Below are positions 37,216 through 58,434 of a stretch of DNA of 64,000 bases, piece by piece (positions within the stretch are counted from its first letter, which is position 1; each line of letters starts with the position of its first letter). Both the position numbers and the translations under genes were made by a program. The stretch is from the human T2T-CHM13v2.0 reference genome, Homo sapiens. Location: the NCBI RefSeq assembly GCF_009914755.1, contig NC_060927.1; one strand, given 5' to 3'. The notes below the pieces were generated by a model that was not told the DNA's origin, made no database searches, and worked only from the letters and a program-made list of their open reading frames with translations.

Positions 37216-38603
37216 TTCACAGTTTGGGGCTCCATTTTTTTTTCTTGGCTTATAAATCCTCTATCCATTGACTCCCCCAGTCTCCTCTCCTGTGATCATG
37301 TGATCTTGTGATTATGGGTCTGGATCCATGGAACTTACAGTATTCTCAGGTTTCTACCTAGATTCATCTGTGCTTCACCTCAGCATTCTGATGGGTGCCT
37401 GTTATCTCCCTTTTGTGAGCGTAGAGTCATGCTACCAATGTACAATGTTAAATGTTAAAATAGAGCCTGGGGTAGAGGTTCTATTCAGGAGTTGTGATCA
37501 GTCCAGTCTTGCTGATGTACTGCCTTTAGCTCATGAGAATCATACTTTTCTCAATGAAAGGAATTAACCCAAAGGTTGACAGTTATGTCTTTTATAGGCA
37601 GGCCTCAGGTGAACTTGGGTTCCTTCAAACTTCTGTTCACTTGAGTTTTGAGGTAAGTCAATGGAGGCATTTCATTGAATCTGTGTCCAAAGGCGAAGAT
37701 GTATCCATTTGTATTCACCAGCAGGATGACGTTTGAGAGGTCCCAGGTAGGATGAGATAGATGCACAGAAGTGCACCTGGCCTGAGAGGACAGGATGAAG
37801 CCTGGAAACAGAGTGGTGGCAGCAAGAGATGCCCTTAGGACATGGAAATACATGAAGAGCAAACTAAACCATTTATATGGGAATCTAATCCCTTATTGAA
37901 CTAATATTTGAATATATTGGCAAAACATCAAAATGTGAGAGGTTCTAACCAGCATTTATAGATTATATAATTGATAAATTGGCATCCATTGATCACAGGG
38001 TCAAACTAAAGGCCAAAGTTGTTTATATCTCCTGCAGTAAGCCTTTCACAGGCATGTGAAATCATATTATAAACCTCTAACCATAGACCCCAATATCTGT
38101 GTCTCACTTCCTGCACAATAGAGGACATTGCCACCTAACAGCTTCCTGCCACTACATAGTAAAGGCCTTTGCTATGATTTTGCTTCACTTCTTTGCCTCC
38201 TGGCTTGGTACTTTCCCATATGGCTCTGCATGGTGTGGCATGCCCCTCCTCTTGGGAGCTGTATGTAATAAATTCTTTCAAAGGCAGTTGTTTCTTTGTC
38301 TGTCAATTACTATAACCAATTAAAACAAATCCCAGGTATATTTTTAACACAGGGAGAACCCCACAATGTATAAATTATTATGCCAAGTAATAGAAAGTGC
38401 TATGAAGGACAACAAAACAGGTAAAGGGGATAGAGAGGGATAGAGCGATCAAAGACAAACTCCGGTGAGGGAACATTTGAACCAGAGACTAGAGTAAGAT
38501 AGGGAGCAAGATGTGTTGATGAGTGAGAGCATAGCATTCTAGGTAGAGGGAATAGCAAATAGGAAGGCCCTGAGGCAGGAGGGAGCATGCTTGCAGTGTG
38601 TAA

Positions 38604-38637
<34 letters not shown>

Positions 38638-38669
38638 AGACGGCAATGCTTAGGAGTGGGATGGGTTCA

Positions 38670-39393
<724 letters not shown>

Positions 39394-40933
39394 AGGAAGA
39401 AATGACATCAAAGACAGAGGCAGGGGTCAGGTCATACAGGACCCACTAGGCTATGGTAATTGCTTTGGATTCTGCTGTAAGTATGAAGGAAAGTCAATGG
39501 CAGATTTTGAACAGGGGTGTGTGGCCCAAGATAGCTCACTATTGCTGAGTCCTGACTCACATGCTCATTGGTTTTCACATTTTGTGGCCATGTCTAGATG
39601 CAAAGGCATCTGGGAAATGCCTTTATTCTGAACATTCACCTGACCAGTTAAATACAAGGATTTTATTCTTGTTGTTTTATCTCTGTCAACAAGGGAAAAA
39701 CATTTTGAGGGACAACTAAAAGTCTCTTAGAGGCACCAAATGTCTGTAATGCCTGGAACTGTGAGAATAATTTCTGTAAGTGGGATGGGTAGGTTGAGTT
39801 TTTAATAGGTTTATTTAGGAGAAGGAAGTTATTTAGTTGTAGGTCTTAGTAAAGATTCATGGAGAAAGTACATCTGAACATTTGGCAGTGGGGATATGGA
39901 TAGAAAGAAAGGAAGGGCAGGCAGGCATTGCAGACAGAACAGGCACAGGCAGGAACATATTTATGGCACAGATGAAATTTAAGTGTGGCTGCAGTGAAAT
40001 GTGTGGGCAGGGAGGTAAGGGAGGTCAGGTTGGAGATGAGTTGGGACATACTGTGGAGTCCTGAATCCTTACGTGAGGGATTGGAGAAACTGAATTAGGC
40101 ACTGAGTGTGTTTGAGCAAGGAATTGGTAATGTTTGGTTTTCACTTTGGCAGTATATATAGACAAAAGGAGTATGGAGAGAGGTGATCCCATTTATTTTT
40201 GGAAATGTTTAATGAGCCTTCAAACGTGTTAGCCTCAGATTTTGCCATAGCCTTCAGGCTTCCCTGCACTGGGGTGAGTAGATACAGTGATAGTTGGTGA
40301 GTGTATGTGAGTTTACTAGATACTTATTAGTCTGTCCCAGCAGCCAGATAACCAGGAAATGCTAAGACCACACTGCATGCTACATAGTGAAATAAGGAGT
40401 CTGGCTCCATTTTTGATGTTGATTGCTGACAGATTTCAAGCCCCATCACTCCTCTTTCTCCATCTGCTTCATATCTGGGCAAGCTGATAAAAAATACCTC
40501 AGGTGCTGCTTTCCTTACGTGTCCCATATGGAGAAACCCTCACTTCAGCCCCACCTTCCAAACACCATAGAACCCGAAACCAGAGCCTTTCCCCTGCTCT
40601 CTCAAGCCATTCAGACCAGCTTGGGAGCCTGCCATTACTCATTATGGGAGTAGTAAATCTTTTTCTACCTGCTTGGTGTGAGCATGATGTCTTAAATCTA
40701 GACATCCAAACCAAATTTTGGGTGAGAGACCAGACTGTGTCTGTGGGGTGACCACAATACATAGTCTACAGACTACTATATATGTGGTCACCCTACACTA
40801 TATTTCTGTATTTTACAAGTGCCTATTGTGACACAGTATTTCACAAGTGCCTATTAAGTGCCAGATGCTGAGGACAGAACAGTGAATTGACTGTGTTTGA
40901 GTTCATATTGTTGTCAGGAGGAAAAGGCAATAA

Positions 40934-46980
<6,047 letters not shown>

Positions 46981-47849
46981 AGAATCACACTTTTAAAAAC
47001 CCTGAAAAATAAAGAAAAGAGACTGAGCTACCAGAACGGCAGTGACTTTGGGTGGCTCTCACTTATGCCAGGCACAGGGTGAATTCAGGGCTCTGGGCTA
47101 TGAGGGGTCGACTGCAAACCCCTGCAGCAGATGTGAGCTGCATGTGTGGGCCCCTGTGTCAGCCTGTGCTCATTTGTCTTCCTACAGTGATACTGCATGT
47201 GATACACAACACCCAAGGACAATGGAGGTGGGAGCAAATGTCCCTTATTCTTCACACCCTTCGCTGTTGGCATCAAAGCAGTTACTCTACCTTCTCCACA
47301 GGCTTTGGCACAGCATGTCAGGAAGTTCTCTGGGGTGGCCACACCTATTTCCTCTAAGTGCTTTCAACAGGTTTTTCATCATGATAGGTATCCTTTCTTA
47401 CCTCTGATTGATGTAGTCATGCTGTTTTCCTGGGACAGTGTTAAGCTCTGCTGGACAGGGGATGAATATTTCTTGGGTAAACTGACTGCTCTCACTTTGC
47501 CCATGGTCCATTGCTAATCCTCTCTGCTAGTGGTAATGTATGGAAGTGAGAGGCGTCAGCAACATTGAAAGACATCACATTCTAGGAGTGCAATCATTAC
47601 AGCAATTCAAGAGAAGTCCTGGTTGTATAATGTGTGATTCGTTCATTATGCTATAACAATCCAAATGCTAAATTTAACAAGATCAATAAAACGTATAACC
47701 ATTCACATTTTCTTGCATATTCTGGGTAAGACTTGTAGTTGCAGTTATTGTAGCACAGTAATAAAGGCACTGGAAGCCAGTATTCAAGGTTGGTACGATG
47801 ATGCAGCGTCATGAGCAAGGTGCCTCAACTCAGAACTGGGCTCTGGAGG

Positions 47850-48460
47850 AACGCCAAGAGCCTATCTCGCCAGCGTGCCCTTTTCCTCACGGGAATTAGG
47901 AGGGAAGCACCAAGATGTGGGGTCCTCCACGAGTCCTAGAGAGAAATCCAGAGAGTGTATGGGTTCACCAGTCAGTGTGATGACGCACTTCCGGGGCCGC
48001 CTTCGTTTTTGTCGCGCGAGGTTTTGGTTTGTGAGGATCGGCGAGTGGCGCCCACCATCTCTGCTTGCTGAAAAGCTGCAGAGGCCGCCAGGAGCCCACG
48101 GTGAGCGGGTCTGAGGAGGACGGGAAACAGCCCCGAGGGAGGCGGGTGTGGCTACTGCTGGTACTGGGGTCCTCATGCCGATCCCCGAGCTTGGCTCTGT
48201 AGCGTCGAGATGCGGCGCTGGCAGAGGCCTGGAACGCTGGCCGCAGGCTCCCACCCCCCTCGTTTCCCTGTACCCAGGGCAGCCTGTGGCCCACTCAGAG
48301 TCGGATACTGACACACATTCGCATGTTAACTTCGAAGCCCACAAAAAGTTTTAACTGTCCACACTCCAGAATCTTCTATCAACAGAACATGCCCCTCGGT
48401 CGCTCCAGCCCCCTTGTCTTTGACCCGGATGCGGAAACCCCAACCCTACCCCTCAGCTTG
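47850..48460 (+). promoter_or_regulatory. KRBOX1: CpG-island promoter and non-coding exon 1 of KRBOX1 (exon ends at 48100)
   Basis: CpG-rich. TGACG half-CRE (47981-47985) abuts ETS site CACTTCCGG (47986-47994). Donor ACG|GTGAGC at 48100/48101. Confidence 0.75.
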
Positions 48461-50540
48461 TCAGTTTCCACGTTTTCAGTTGGTCCCTGAAAATCAGTTG
48501 GTGATCAGTTATTTTCGCCTGCCATAGTGTACACCAGTCTTGAAACTTGTTACTGTCGTAGAGCAACCAAAAATTTGAGAATACCGAATTGTATTCCCTA
48601 CCCGTCCCCAGGATGTCCCATTTTGGAAAATATGGAGCCCTGCGATCTGGATTGGCTCATAAGAATGTTAAATCTAAAAAGACTGATCGTATCCGTCATG
48701 CACCTAATGTGTGTCCAGTGTTTAACATAGTTTCCTATGTACAGGATTGGAGATGTCGAAAGATTTCTTGACCTCTTAACATTGTTCATTATATTCTTTT
48801 CTTTAGATTCTCTGAACTTTTACTCCACTGTCATAATTTAATTGTCAAGGTTCATAGGATAACATTCGATGTCCCTGCCATTAGTCAACTATGTTGGGAG
48901 TGTGATTTGTTCTCCAATGTGGCTTGTTATTTATGTTTCATCTCCACTTAGCTTTCCCCATAGGAAGACACTTCCATAGGGAGTGTTTTGTGTTCTGTAG
49001 GGTGACCTCTGTTGTAGTTCTATTTCCAGATGATTTCCCTTTCGCAGATTGTCAGCTGTGCAGATCAGACCTTTTTGCTTAAGTCCTTTTGTTTGATACG
49101 CTAATCCTATTAAGTATCCACTGTAAGGGACATTTACTGCCGATACAATGACAGTATCATGATTTTAGAGAATTAGATTCCACAATTACAAGGGTTAACT
49201 ATTTACTTAGTATGAATCACTGCTTTTGTTACCCTTTCTTGGACAGAAACCATCCATGAATTTAGCAGCATTACTTGTGTAGGTTTACATTGTGTTTTCT
49301 TTTAAAGTACTTCTCTTTACACTCATAAATATTTCTCCTTACTGGACTCCCTGTTAACTTCCAAGATGCCTTTTCTGGCGTCTCCTGACAGCTGTTTCTC
49401 TGACACCTTCAGCTTCCTCTACCTTCCTGAATGGCTTTCTGGATTCACTAAGAAGAGTCATTGGAGGGAGGGGCAGTGCACTGGCTTTATAGTGTTTTGT
49501 CTGATGCTGTTGCAGTACCCTAAGACTTACAGCAAACTGCAGATATGGAGTTGGAACGGAAGTTGTTTTTAAGGTCTATGAGTATATGCACTTTTATGTG
49601 TTTGTTTATATGCTTTTTGAATATCTCTGATCCAACTGTTGGCAGCTCTTTGTATTTCAGGTGTTGTCTTTAATGCATAAATATTGATGATTCACTCTTG
49701 AAAGGCAAAAGACTTACTTCCTAATGATGAACTAATTAAATGACCCAGAATGAGAGTTGGAACTAGTTTAGAAATGAAATTGTTTTGTTTCCTTATACTA
49801 TAACATTTGGAACTTGAAGTATTTGGGACATGTTATGAAGTTGATGGATTCTTTTAATATGGTAATGTTTTCTTTCTCATCACCCACTCCAAACACCTTT
49901 ATAAAACTGAATGAGTATCTTGTATTTAGGGGAAAAATAGTAGTAGGGAGGCATCAAAATATTTCTGATAACTATTTTCAAAGTCTGTTCAACTTTCATT
50001 ACTTCAGTCATAGAAACTCTTGTTCTAATATTAAGTAGCATAGGAGGAAAAACATGCTGAGGTCTTACAGTGTTTAATGGATTTCTTTTATATAACTCAT
50101 TCCTATCTGTACTACATAACTCATTCTTATCTGTACTGTATGGATTTCAGGGATCTTAACTGTTTAGAATTCCAACTTTCTTTTCTGCCTATAACACTCT
50201 GTCCACTGTCTACCTTAGTTTCCTTTTCTGTTTCCTGTCCTGTGATGTATTCTATGGATTAGCTGAAATTATAGTTTTCTCAGTCCACTTTTTCATCACT
50301 CATTCCGTGGATGATTCTACCTCCTTTTTGCATTTCTCTGTATGCCTGCTATCTCGCCTTTGTGAGATTGATAATAAGCAATAACTAATGAACGGTTATT
50401 GATATAGCCTTCAAAACAGATGGGTCAGAGGTTGTTTGTAGGACTTATGGTCAATAAAGTTATTATCGTTAATGTTTTTTTTCTTTACCTTCAGCACCTG
50501 AGACTTTTACCTTTACCCAGAAAGGAATAAAAGAGGTCAG

Positions 50541-50576
50541 ATGATGACAGCTGTGTCCTTAACAACCAGGCCCCAG
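50541..50576 (+). CDS. KRBOX1: KRBOX1 coding exon 1 (MMTAVSLTTRPQ); exon acceptor at 50495
   Basis: ttcAG|CACC acceptor, ATG at 50541, phase-0 donor CAG|GTGAG. Confidence 0.9.
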
Positions 50577-50699
50577 GTGAGCTGTTTTTTTCTATCTCTG
50601 TACATATCCCTGTGTGTATATACATATGTGTTTATTAGATACATACATAAAAATATCTATATTACACATTTACATATATATAACATACTTTTATATATG

Positions 50700-51990
50700 T
50701 GTGTATGTGTACACACACACATTTCTCATTGAGGTTTAACTTACACAACACAAGTCTTAACAGTATAGCTCACTTTTTAGAACTATGTACACTTGTATGA
50801 CCTCACTCATAGAAACACATAGAACATTATTAGCACCCCAAAAGGCCCCTTCATACTGCCTCCCAAGCAATCCACTGCTCATCCCAAAGTTAACCACTAT
50901 TCTGACCTCTGTTACCATAGGAAAGTTTTGTTTGTTCTTGAACTTCGTATAAGTGGAATCATTAAACATGCATTCTTTTGTATCTGCCTTCTTTTGCTCA
51001 ACGTTATGTCTGTGAACTTCACTGACGTTGTTGCACACAGCAGTGATTTGTTCTTTTTCACTACTGAGTAGTTTTTCATTTTGTGATAATAGCACATTTT
51101 ATTCATTCTATTGTGGATGGACTTTTGGTTGTTCCCATTTTGGGCTACCATGAATAAGAATGCAGTGAACATTCTTATCTTTTTGTGGACATAGATGCTT
51201 ATTTCTCTTGGGTATGTCTCTGTGAGTAAAATTTTAGCTCATAGGGTATATATACATTTGGTTAGTTTAGTAGATACTGCCCAACAATTTTCCAAAATGA
51301 TTATTCCAATTTATATTTCTGTCAGCCGTGTACAGTTGCTCCACATCCTTACCATTACTTGTTGTCACTCGTTTGCAGTATCTCATTGGGGTTTAAAAAA
51401 TCTTCTCATCTCTAGTAAGCAGTGATGCTGAGCACCATTTCATAGGTTTATTGGCATATCCTCTTATGTGAACTCCCTGTTCAGATATTTTTTCGTATTT
51501 TTTATTACACTGTACCTTTTTTTCTCCTAAGTTGTATTGTTTCTTATTTATTGTAAGTCCTTTGTCAGACATATGTGTTATTAAGTAACTTCTCCCAATC
51601 AGTGGCTTGCATTTTCACTCTCCTAATGGTATCTTTTGATTATAGATTTTACTTTCAATGAAGTCCAGTATATCAGTTTGTTTTGTATAAGAAATCTTTT
51701 CTTACTCAGACATCATCAAGATGTTCTTCTGTGTTTTCTTCTAGAAGATTTATTGTTTTACCTTTATACTTAGGTGTGTGATTCATCTCAAATTAAAGGT
51801 GTGAGGCATGGGTCAAAGTTCTTTTTCCCCCCATATACATATCCAATTGATTCAGGATTATGTATTGAAAAATCTGTCTTTTACCCACTGAATTGCTCTA
51901 GTTACTTTGTCATACATTTGGTGAACATATATGTCTGTGTCTGTTTTTAAAATCCCTATTCAGTTCTATTAGTTGAATTTTCTGTCTGAA
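50700..51990 (-). mobile_element. Old L1 3' end (L1MB/ME-like)
   Basis: Antisense L1 3' motifs (minus-strand MFTAFLFMVAQN). Confidence 0.7.
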
Positions 51991-52747
51991 CCAGTATTCC
52001 ATGACACTCACTGTTGGTGAGTTACATGGAATTTTGCAACACAACGTAACATGGAGGGCTTTTCTCCAAGGTAATTAAAAATACATAAAAATGGTAATTG
52101 ATAAAACATTCTTTGGCACTTGGCTCATAGGTTCCCTTAATCTCATACTCCATGTTAAGACCATTTCCACTAGAGCTCTATTTCTGAAATACAGAGCTTG
52201 ACTCCAGGGCTTAAAAACTTGAAATAGACACCTTTTTAGGCCTATCTTGAGCCTTATGCACCAAGTTGGTCTAGACCCTAGCCTTTCTCAAGTAAGCAGT
52301 ATTTTCCTGCGTTTCTCTAACCTCACTACCTCTGCATGAAGACAGGCTGCGGGTGGGAGTTCATTGACTGATCAGAGAGCTTTGTGCTTGGGGTAGTGGG
52401 CAAGGAGATAGGCAAGAAAGAAGGATTAGAATGAAAGTAGAATTGGAAAATGGAGTAATATGAGTAACCCAAATAATCACTGGGATATATACAAATTAGG
52501 GAGGGGCTTAGAGCTAAGCTGACAGCTATGTTCGGGGGTCAGTTCTCCTTCCACAAGTGCACTTCTGTGATCGGGCCCAAGCCCAGCTTCTATGCAGCAG
52601 CTTCAGCGTCTGTGGAGGTCACATGTTTAGAAGCTCATAGCGGAGGTGTACTTGTTTCTCACTGGGAAAATATGCTGAACTCTGACTGGCTACTTTAATT
52701 CTGCATCTTCTTCCTCCACACCTAAATTTTACACAAAAACTCTGTAG

Positions 52748-53065
<318 letters not shown>

Positions 53066-53472
53066 TGACCCCAAATAGCGATGTCAAAGGTTGCCAGGTA
53101 TAGAAAGCCCTGGTGTCTATTGACTTGCGAAAGGCTTTCCTTCTTTTTCTAGCGTAAAAGCTACCCTCCTTCCCTACCTGCCTCAGAGGTGATTCTGAGT
53201 ACAGTAGGGCTTGAGCTATATCTTGATACCCTTAGCCTAGTATTGAACCTCCAATTTATCTTAAGAGAATGCAGCCACTTTGTCTCCCTCTGGGAGTTAC
53301 TCCTAGGAGCCATTTGTCTTTTTCCCATAGTGAGAGATTTTCATCCTCTGACAAAGAAGGTAAAAAATCTTGTTGCCCTTTAAATAGAAATCTGCCTTCC
53401 AGGGTGTTTCAGGCTTCCTTGGAAGAACCATCCTGACTCTTCTTCCCAGGATCCCTCCCAGTACCTCTTTAG

Positions 53473-53886
<414 letters not shown>

Positions 53887-54166
53887 TAGTACACAACACT
53901 CTTCTTCTGTATTTCACACACTGGGATGCTTTTATCCCTTGGGGATATGTAGAACAGTTTTTCTAAATACTTTACTGGTTATTTGTGATCATTTTTTTCC
54001 AGTTTCTCCAGTTTTACAAAATTGATAAACTTGGTGCAGTATTATCTTGTTCACTGACCAACAGAACAAGTAGAAAAATTTATTTTTGTTTTTCATGAGA
54101 ACTAATATATTAACAATTTTAAATAATTTTTTATACTGAAATATTTTAAGCTTACAGTTGTTATGA

Positions 54167-54292
<126 letters not shown>

Positions 54293-54454
54293 TTCTTGAC
54301 ATTTAAATACCAGTTTTCCAAGTAAGGAGTTGATGTAAGAGCCACCTTAAACGATGTCAAATACACATTTTCTTTTTCTGTAGACTGGTAGATTTAATGT
54401 TTTTCATTCATTAAAATAACTCATTTTGATGTACAAAGCAGGCTCTCATGTCCT

Positions 54455-55860
54455 TTTTTAAACAGCTTTGTGGAGATATAATTCACAAATTATATTTAAA
54501 TACAATTATATTTAAATACAAATTATATTTAAATACAATTATATTTAAATACAAATTATATTTAAATACAATTTACCCATTTAAAGTATACAATTAAGTG
54601 GTATTTAGAATATTCACAGAGTTGTGCAGGCATGCCACAGTCTACTTTTAGATCTTTAGAAACCTCTATCTGTTAAGAATCATCACCATACCCATCCCCA
54701 ACTCTTGGTTTTAGGCAACTACCTATCTACATTTTGTTTCTATAAATTTCCTTGTTAGGGATAGTTGGTATTAATGCAGTCATACAATACGTGGCCTTTT
54801 GCCACTGGCTTTCACTTAACGTAATGTTTTCAAGGTTAATCCATTTTGTAACATGCATCAGTATAGTATACAAGTTACAGTGCAAATATGTTTTCTCATG
54901 GGTACATACTCTAGATAGATACTTGTTGGATCTTACAGTAACTCTTTGTATAACATTTCGAGGAATGCCAAAACTTTTTCCGAAGTGGCTATACCAATTT
55001 ACATTCCCTCCAGCAATGTATGAGGGTTCCTAATTCTTCACATCCTCACCAACACTTAATATTGTCTACTTTTTTGGCTGTAGGCATCCTGGTGATGTGA
55101 ATTGCTGTCTCATTGTAGTTTTTATTTGCATTTGTCCAGTGGCTAATGACACTGAGAGTCTTTCAATGTGCTTACTGGCCATTTATGTATCCTCTTTGGA
55201 GAAATGTCTTTTCAAACTCTGCACATTTTAAAATTGGTTACTTTTCCTTTTATTTTTGTGTTTTAAGGGTTCTGACATCTGGATACTAAATCCATATCAG
55301 ATACATGGTTTACAAATATTTCATCCCATTTTGTGAATTGTCTTTTCACTTTCCTAATACTGTCCTTTGAAGCACAACAGTTTTGAATTTTGATGAATTT
55401 CCTTGCATTTTCTATATACAAAATTATGTCATCTGAAAATAGAGTTTTACAAACTCTTCCTTTCTAATCTGAATGCCTTTTACTTTTTTTCTTGCCTAAT
55501 TACTCTGGCTAGAACCTTTAGCGCAATGTTGGATACAAGTTGCAAGAGTGGACATTCTTGTCTTATTCTTAATCTTACGGGGAAAGCATTCAATCTTTTA
55601 CCAGTAAGTATGATGTTAGCTATGATTTTCTTATAAATGCTCTTTATCAAGTTATCAAGTTGCCAATTTGTTGAGTTTTTGTTGTAGAAGAGTGTTAAAG
55701 TTTGTGAAATGATATTCTGTGACTGATAAATTTGGTTCTTTCCTGTATTAATATGGTATACATTACATTGATTGATTTTGGTGTGTTGAACCCCACCCTC
55801 CATTCCTTGGATAAATCATAGTCAATGATGTACAAGCCTTATACTGCTGGATTTCGTTGG
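54455..55860 (-). mobile_element. Old L1 (L1MB-like) 3' end and ORF2 fragment, with a 16/17-bp tandem repeat at 54486-54572
   Basis: Minus-strand IKSIYKKIIANIILTGKRLNAFPVR...RQECPL is L1 RT. Confidence 0.85.
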
Positions 55861-56393
55861 CTAGTCTTTGGCAAAGACTTAGTTAGTGACATTATGATTC
55901 ATGAGTGAAGTTATTTTGGGTGGTGGGTTAGATATGCATTCTCCAAATCCAATACTATTTTCTCTAACTATTGTATGTATATTATCTTTCCCAAGTAAGT
56001 TACAGGCTTTCTGACAGCAGGAATAATGTAATACTTTTCTCATTTATGCCATAACACTTTATACAGAGTTATTTGATATTTTTTGTTGTTTTTCACTTAA
56101 TTAAGAGATTCTCTCCTAACTTTATGCCTCCCAATTATGTCTCCATTCTTTCCCTACTGTATCTGAGCCCTCTGTTTCATGTTCCCATCCTTATTGGTTG
56201 TCGGTATTTTTACACTACTACTCATTCCCATGGCCCATGACCTTCCCTTTTTGATTCCTCCTATCTTCTTAGCTACCTTTTCATCTTGAACTCTCTTTGG
56301 ACTTCTAAACTCTGATAAAGCTTTCTCTTCCCTCTTGGGATTCAGGACTTTTCCTTATCTCACTTTATTCCCTAAATGCTCTAAAGGCATTTC

Positions 56394-56680
56394 AGGTGTG
56401 GTGGCTCACATCTATAACCCCTGCTACTTGGAAGGCTGTGGCGGGAGGATTGCTTGAAGGTAGGAGTTTGAGACCAGACTGGGCAACATAGTAAGACCCC
56501 CATCTCTGAAAACATACCATTAGCCAGGTGTGGTGTTACATGCCTGTAGTTCCAGCTACTCAGGAGGCTAAGGCAGGAGGTTGCTTGAGCTCAGGAGTTC
56601 AAGGCTTCAGTGGGCTGTGATCACCCTACTATACTCAGTCCTGGGTGACAGAGTGAGACCTTGTCTCTTTAAAGAAGAGC
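56394..56680 (+). mobile_element. Alu (AluJ-like)
   Basis: Diverged Alu dimer. Confidence 0.9.
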
Positions 56681-56733
56681 ATTTTATAAGGACACGAAAG
56701 CTGTGTAATAATAGGACATATTAATCTTACTTG

Positions 56734-57077
56734 CTGATTAGTTCAGGCAAACTATGGCCCATAGGCCAAAATCTGTCCTACCACCAGTCTTTTTGTGTAT
56801 GGCCTGTGAAATAAGAATGGTTGAATTTTTTAGTGGCTGAAGGAAGTCAAAAGAAGAATATTTTGTAACACATGAAAATTATTTGAAATTCAAATTTCAG
56901 TGTCTATAAATGAAGTTTTATTGAAATACAGTTATGTTCATTCGTTATGTATTGTCTATGGCTGTATTCACATTACAATGATAGGATTGAGTACTTGCAA
57001 CAGAAATTATATGGCCTGAAGAGCCTAAAACATTTACTATCTAGTTATTTACAAGAAATGTTTGCTAACTTCTGGTA
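56734..57077. mobile_element. hAT-Charlie MITE (MER58-like)
   Basis: ggcaaactatggccc...ggccaaaatc start and ...tttgctaacttctg end. Confidence 0.75.
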
Positions 57078-57137
57078 TACTTCCCTCTGGCATTGCTGAG
57101 AGGTGGTATTTGTATGTATTTCTTCTTCTCTAATCAG

Positions 57138-57545
57138 GTGGAAAAGCCTCGGCTGAGAATGAGCATCTGACATCAAAACAAATAATTTCTGATAAACACA
57201 AATCTTGTGGCATGGTATCAGGTGAATATCTGAGAGGGGGACCTGATATTAAAGATAATTTGCAGATCAGAGGGCAAGTTAGAGAGACATAAAATAAATT
57301 TCACAAGGGATGAAATGAATAAAAATGAGAAAGATTCTGTGAAGGAGATAATCAGTAATGAGAAACTTCATATAGAAAATACAAGCCATTCACAAAAGAA
57401 ATCAGAAAGAAATATTAGTGTTAGTTCTCAGCATGAAACACATCTGCAAGGACCAGGTATACAGATTTTCTATAAATTTGATGTGTGGGACAAACATTGC
57501 AGTCACAGTTCAGACTTTTTTCAACGTCAGGAAAACTACACTAGA
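57138..57545 (+). pseudogene. Vestigial KRAB-ZNF last exon (linker plus one dead C2H2 finger)
   Basis: Acceptor ttctctaatcAG|GT, KZFP-like linker (ENEHLTSKQIIS ... EGKLERH), then QIFYKFDVWDKHCSHSSDFFQRQENYTR, which aligns to ZNF662 finger 1. Confidence 0.75.
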
Positions 57546-58135
57546 GCTCCCCCAAATGCCGTCTCCACTTCTCTCCTCCTTTCTGTGATCTTTCCTGGAC
57601 TTACATAGGCCCTTTGCCCTTTGTAAATTTCATACTGCCTTTTACATTCAGTCTTACATGGACCCTCCTCCACTTTGCATTGTTACCTTTCTGTAGATGG
57701 CCACAGCACGCTTGCTGCTCAATTTTACACCCTGTGGTGGACGTAGGTTTCTGTTTTTGTCTGTTGTAGCAAGGGCAAGAAGCAACAATTAGGTGAAAAA
57801 AGGTCAGGAAATATGAAAACATTTCCACTGTAAATGTAGAGCATGACCATTTGAGTACATTATAAGAATGGCAGAAATGAGTGATTTCACTCAACTCGGG
57901 AAGAGAAGGATTCAAATAGAAACTGAAGATATTGCTGCCAGAAACGGACTTTTTAGAGAGGTGTTTATGCCTTGACCTCATAGGAGGCTGTAACACAGTA
58001 GTAAATGGGAACTGGTCCTCAGTTTTACTTTTTCAGGGTTGATTTCATCTGGGGTGCCACATTGAATGAATACTAGCCACTGAGTTCATTTGACGTTTCA
58101 CAGGAGACTGAATTGTTAAACAAAAAGTCAGTTTA

Positions 58136-58434
<299 letters not shown>

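Noticed and set aside
50090-50137. 24-bp direct duplication (ataactcattc.tatctgtact)
   Set aside because: Simple two-copy intronic slippage with no sign of function.
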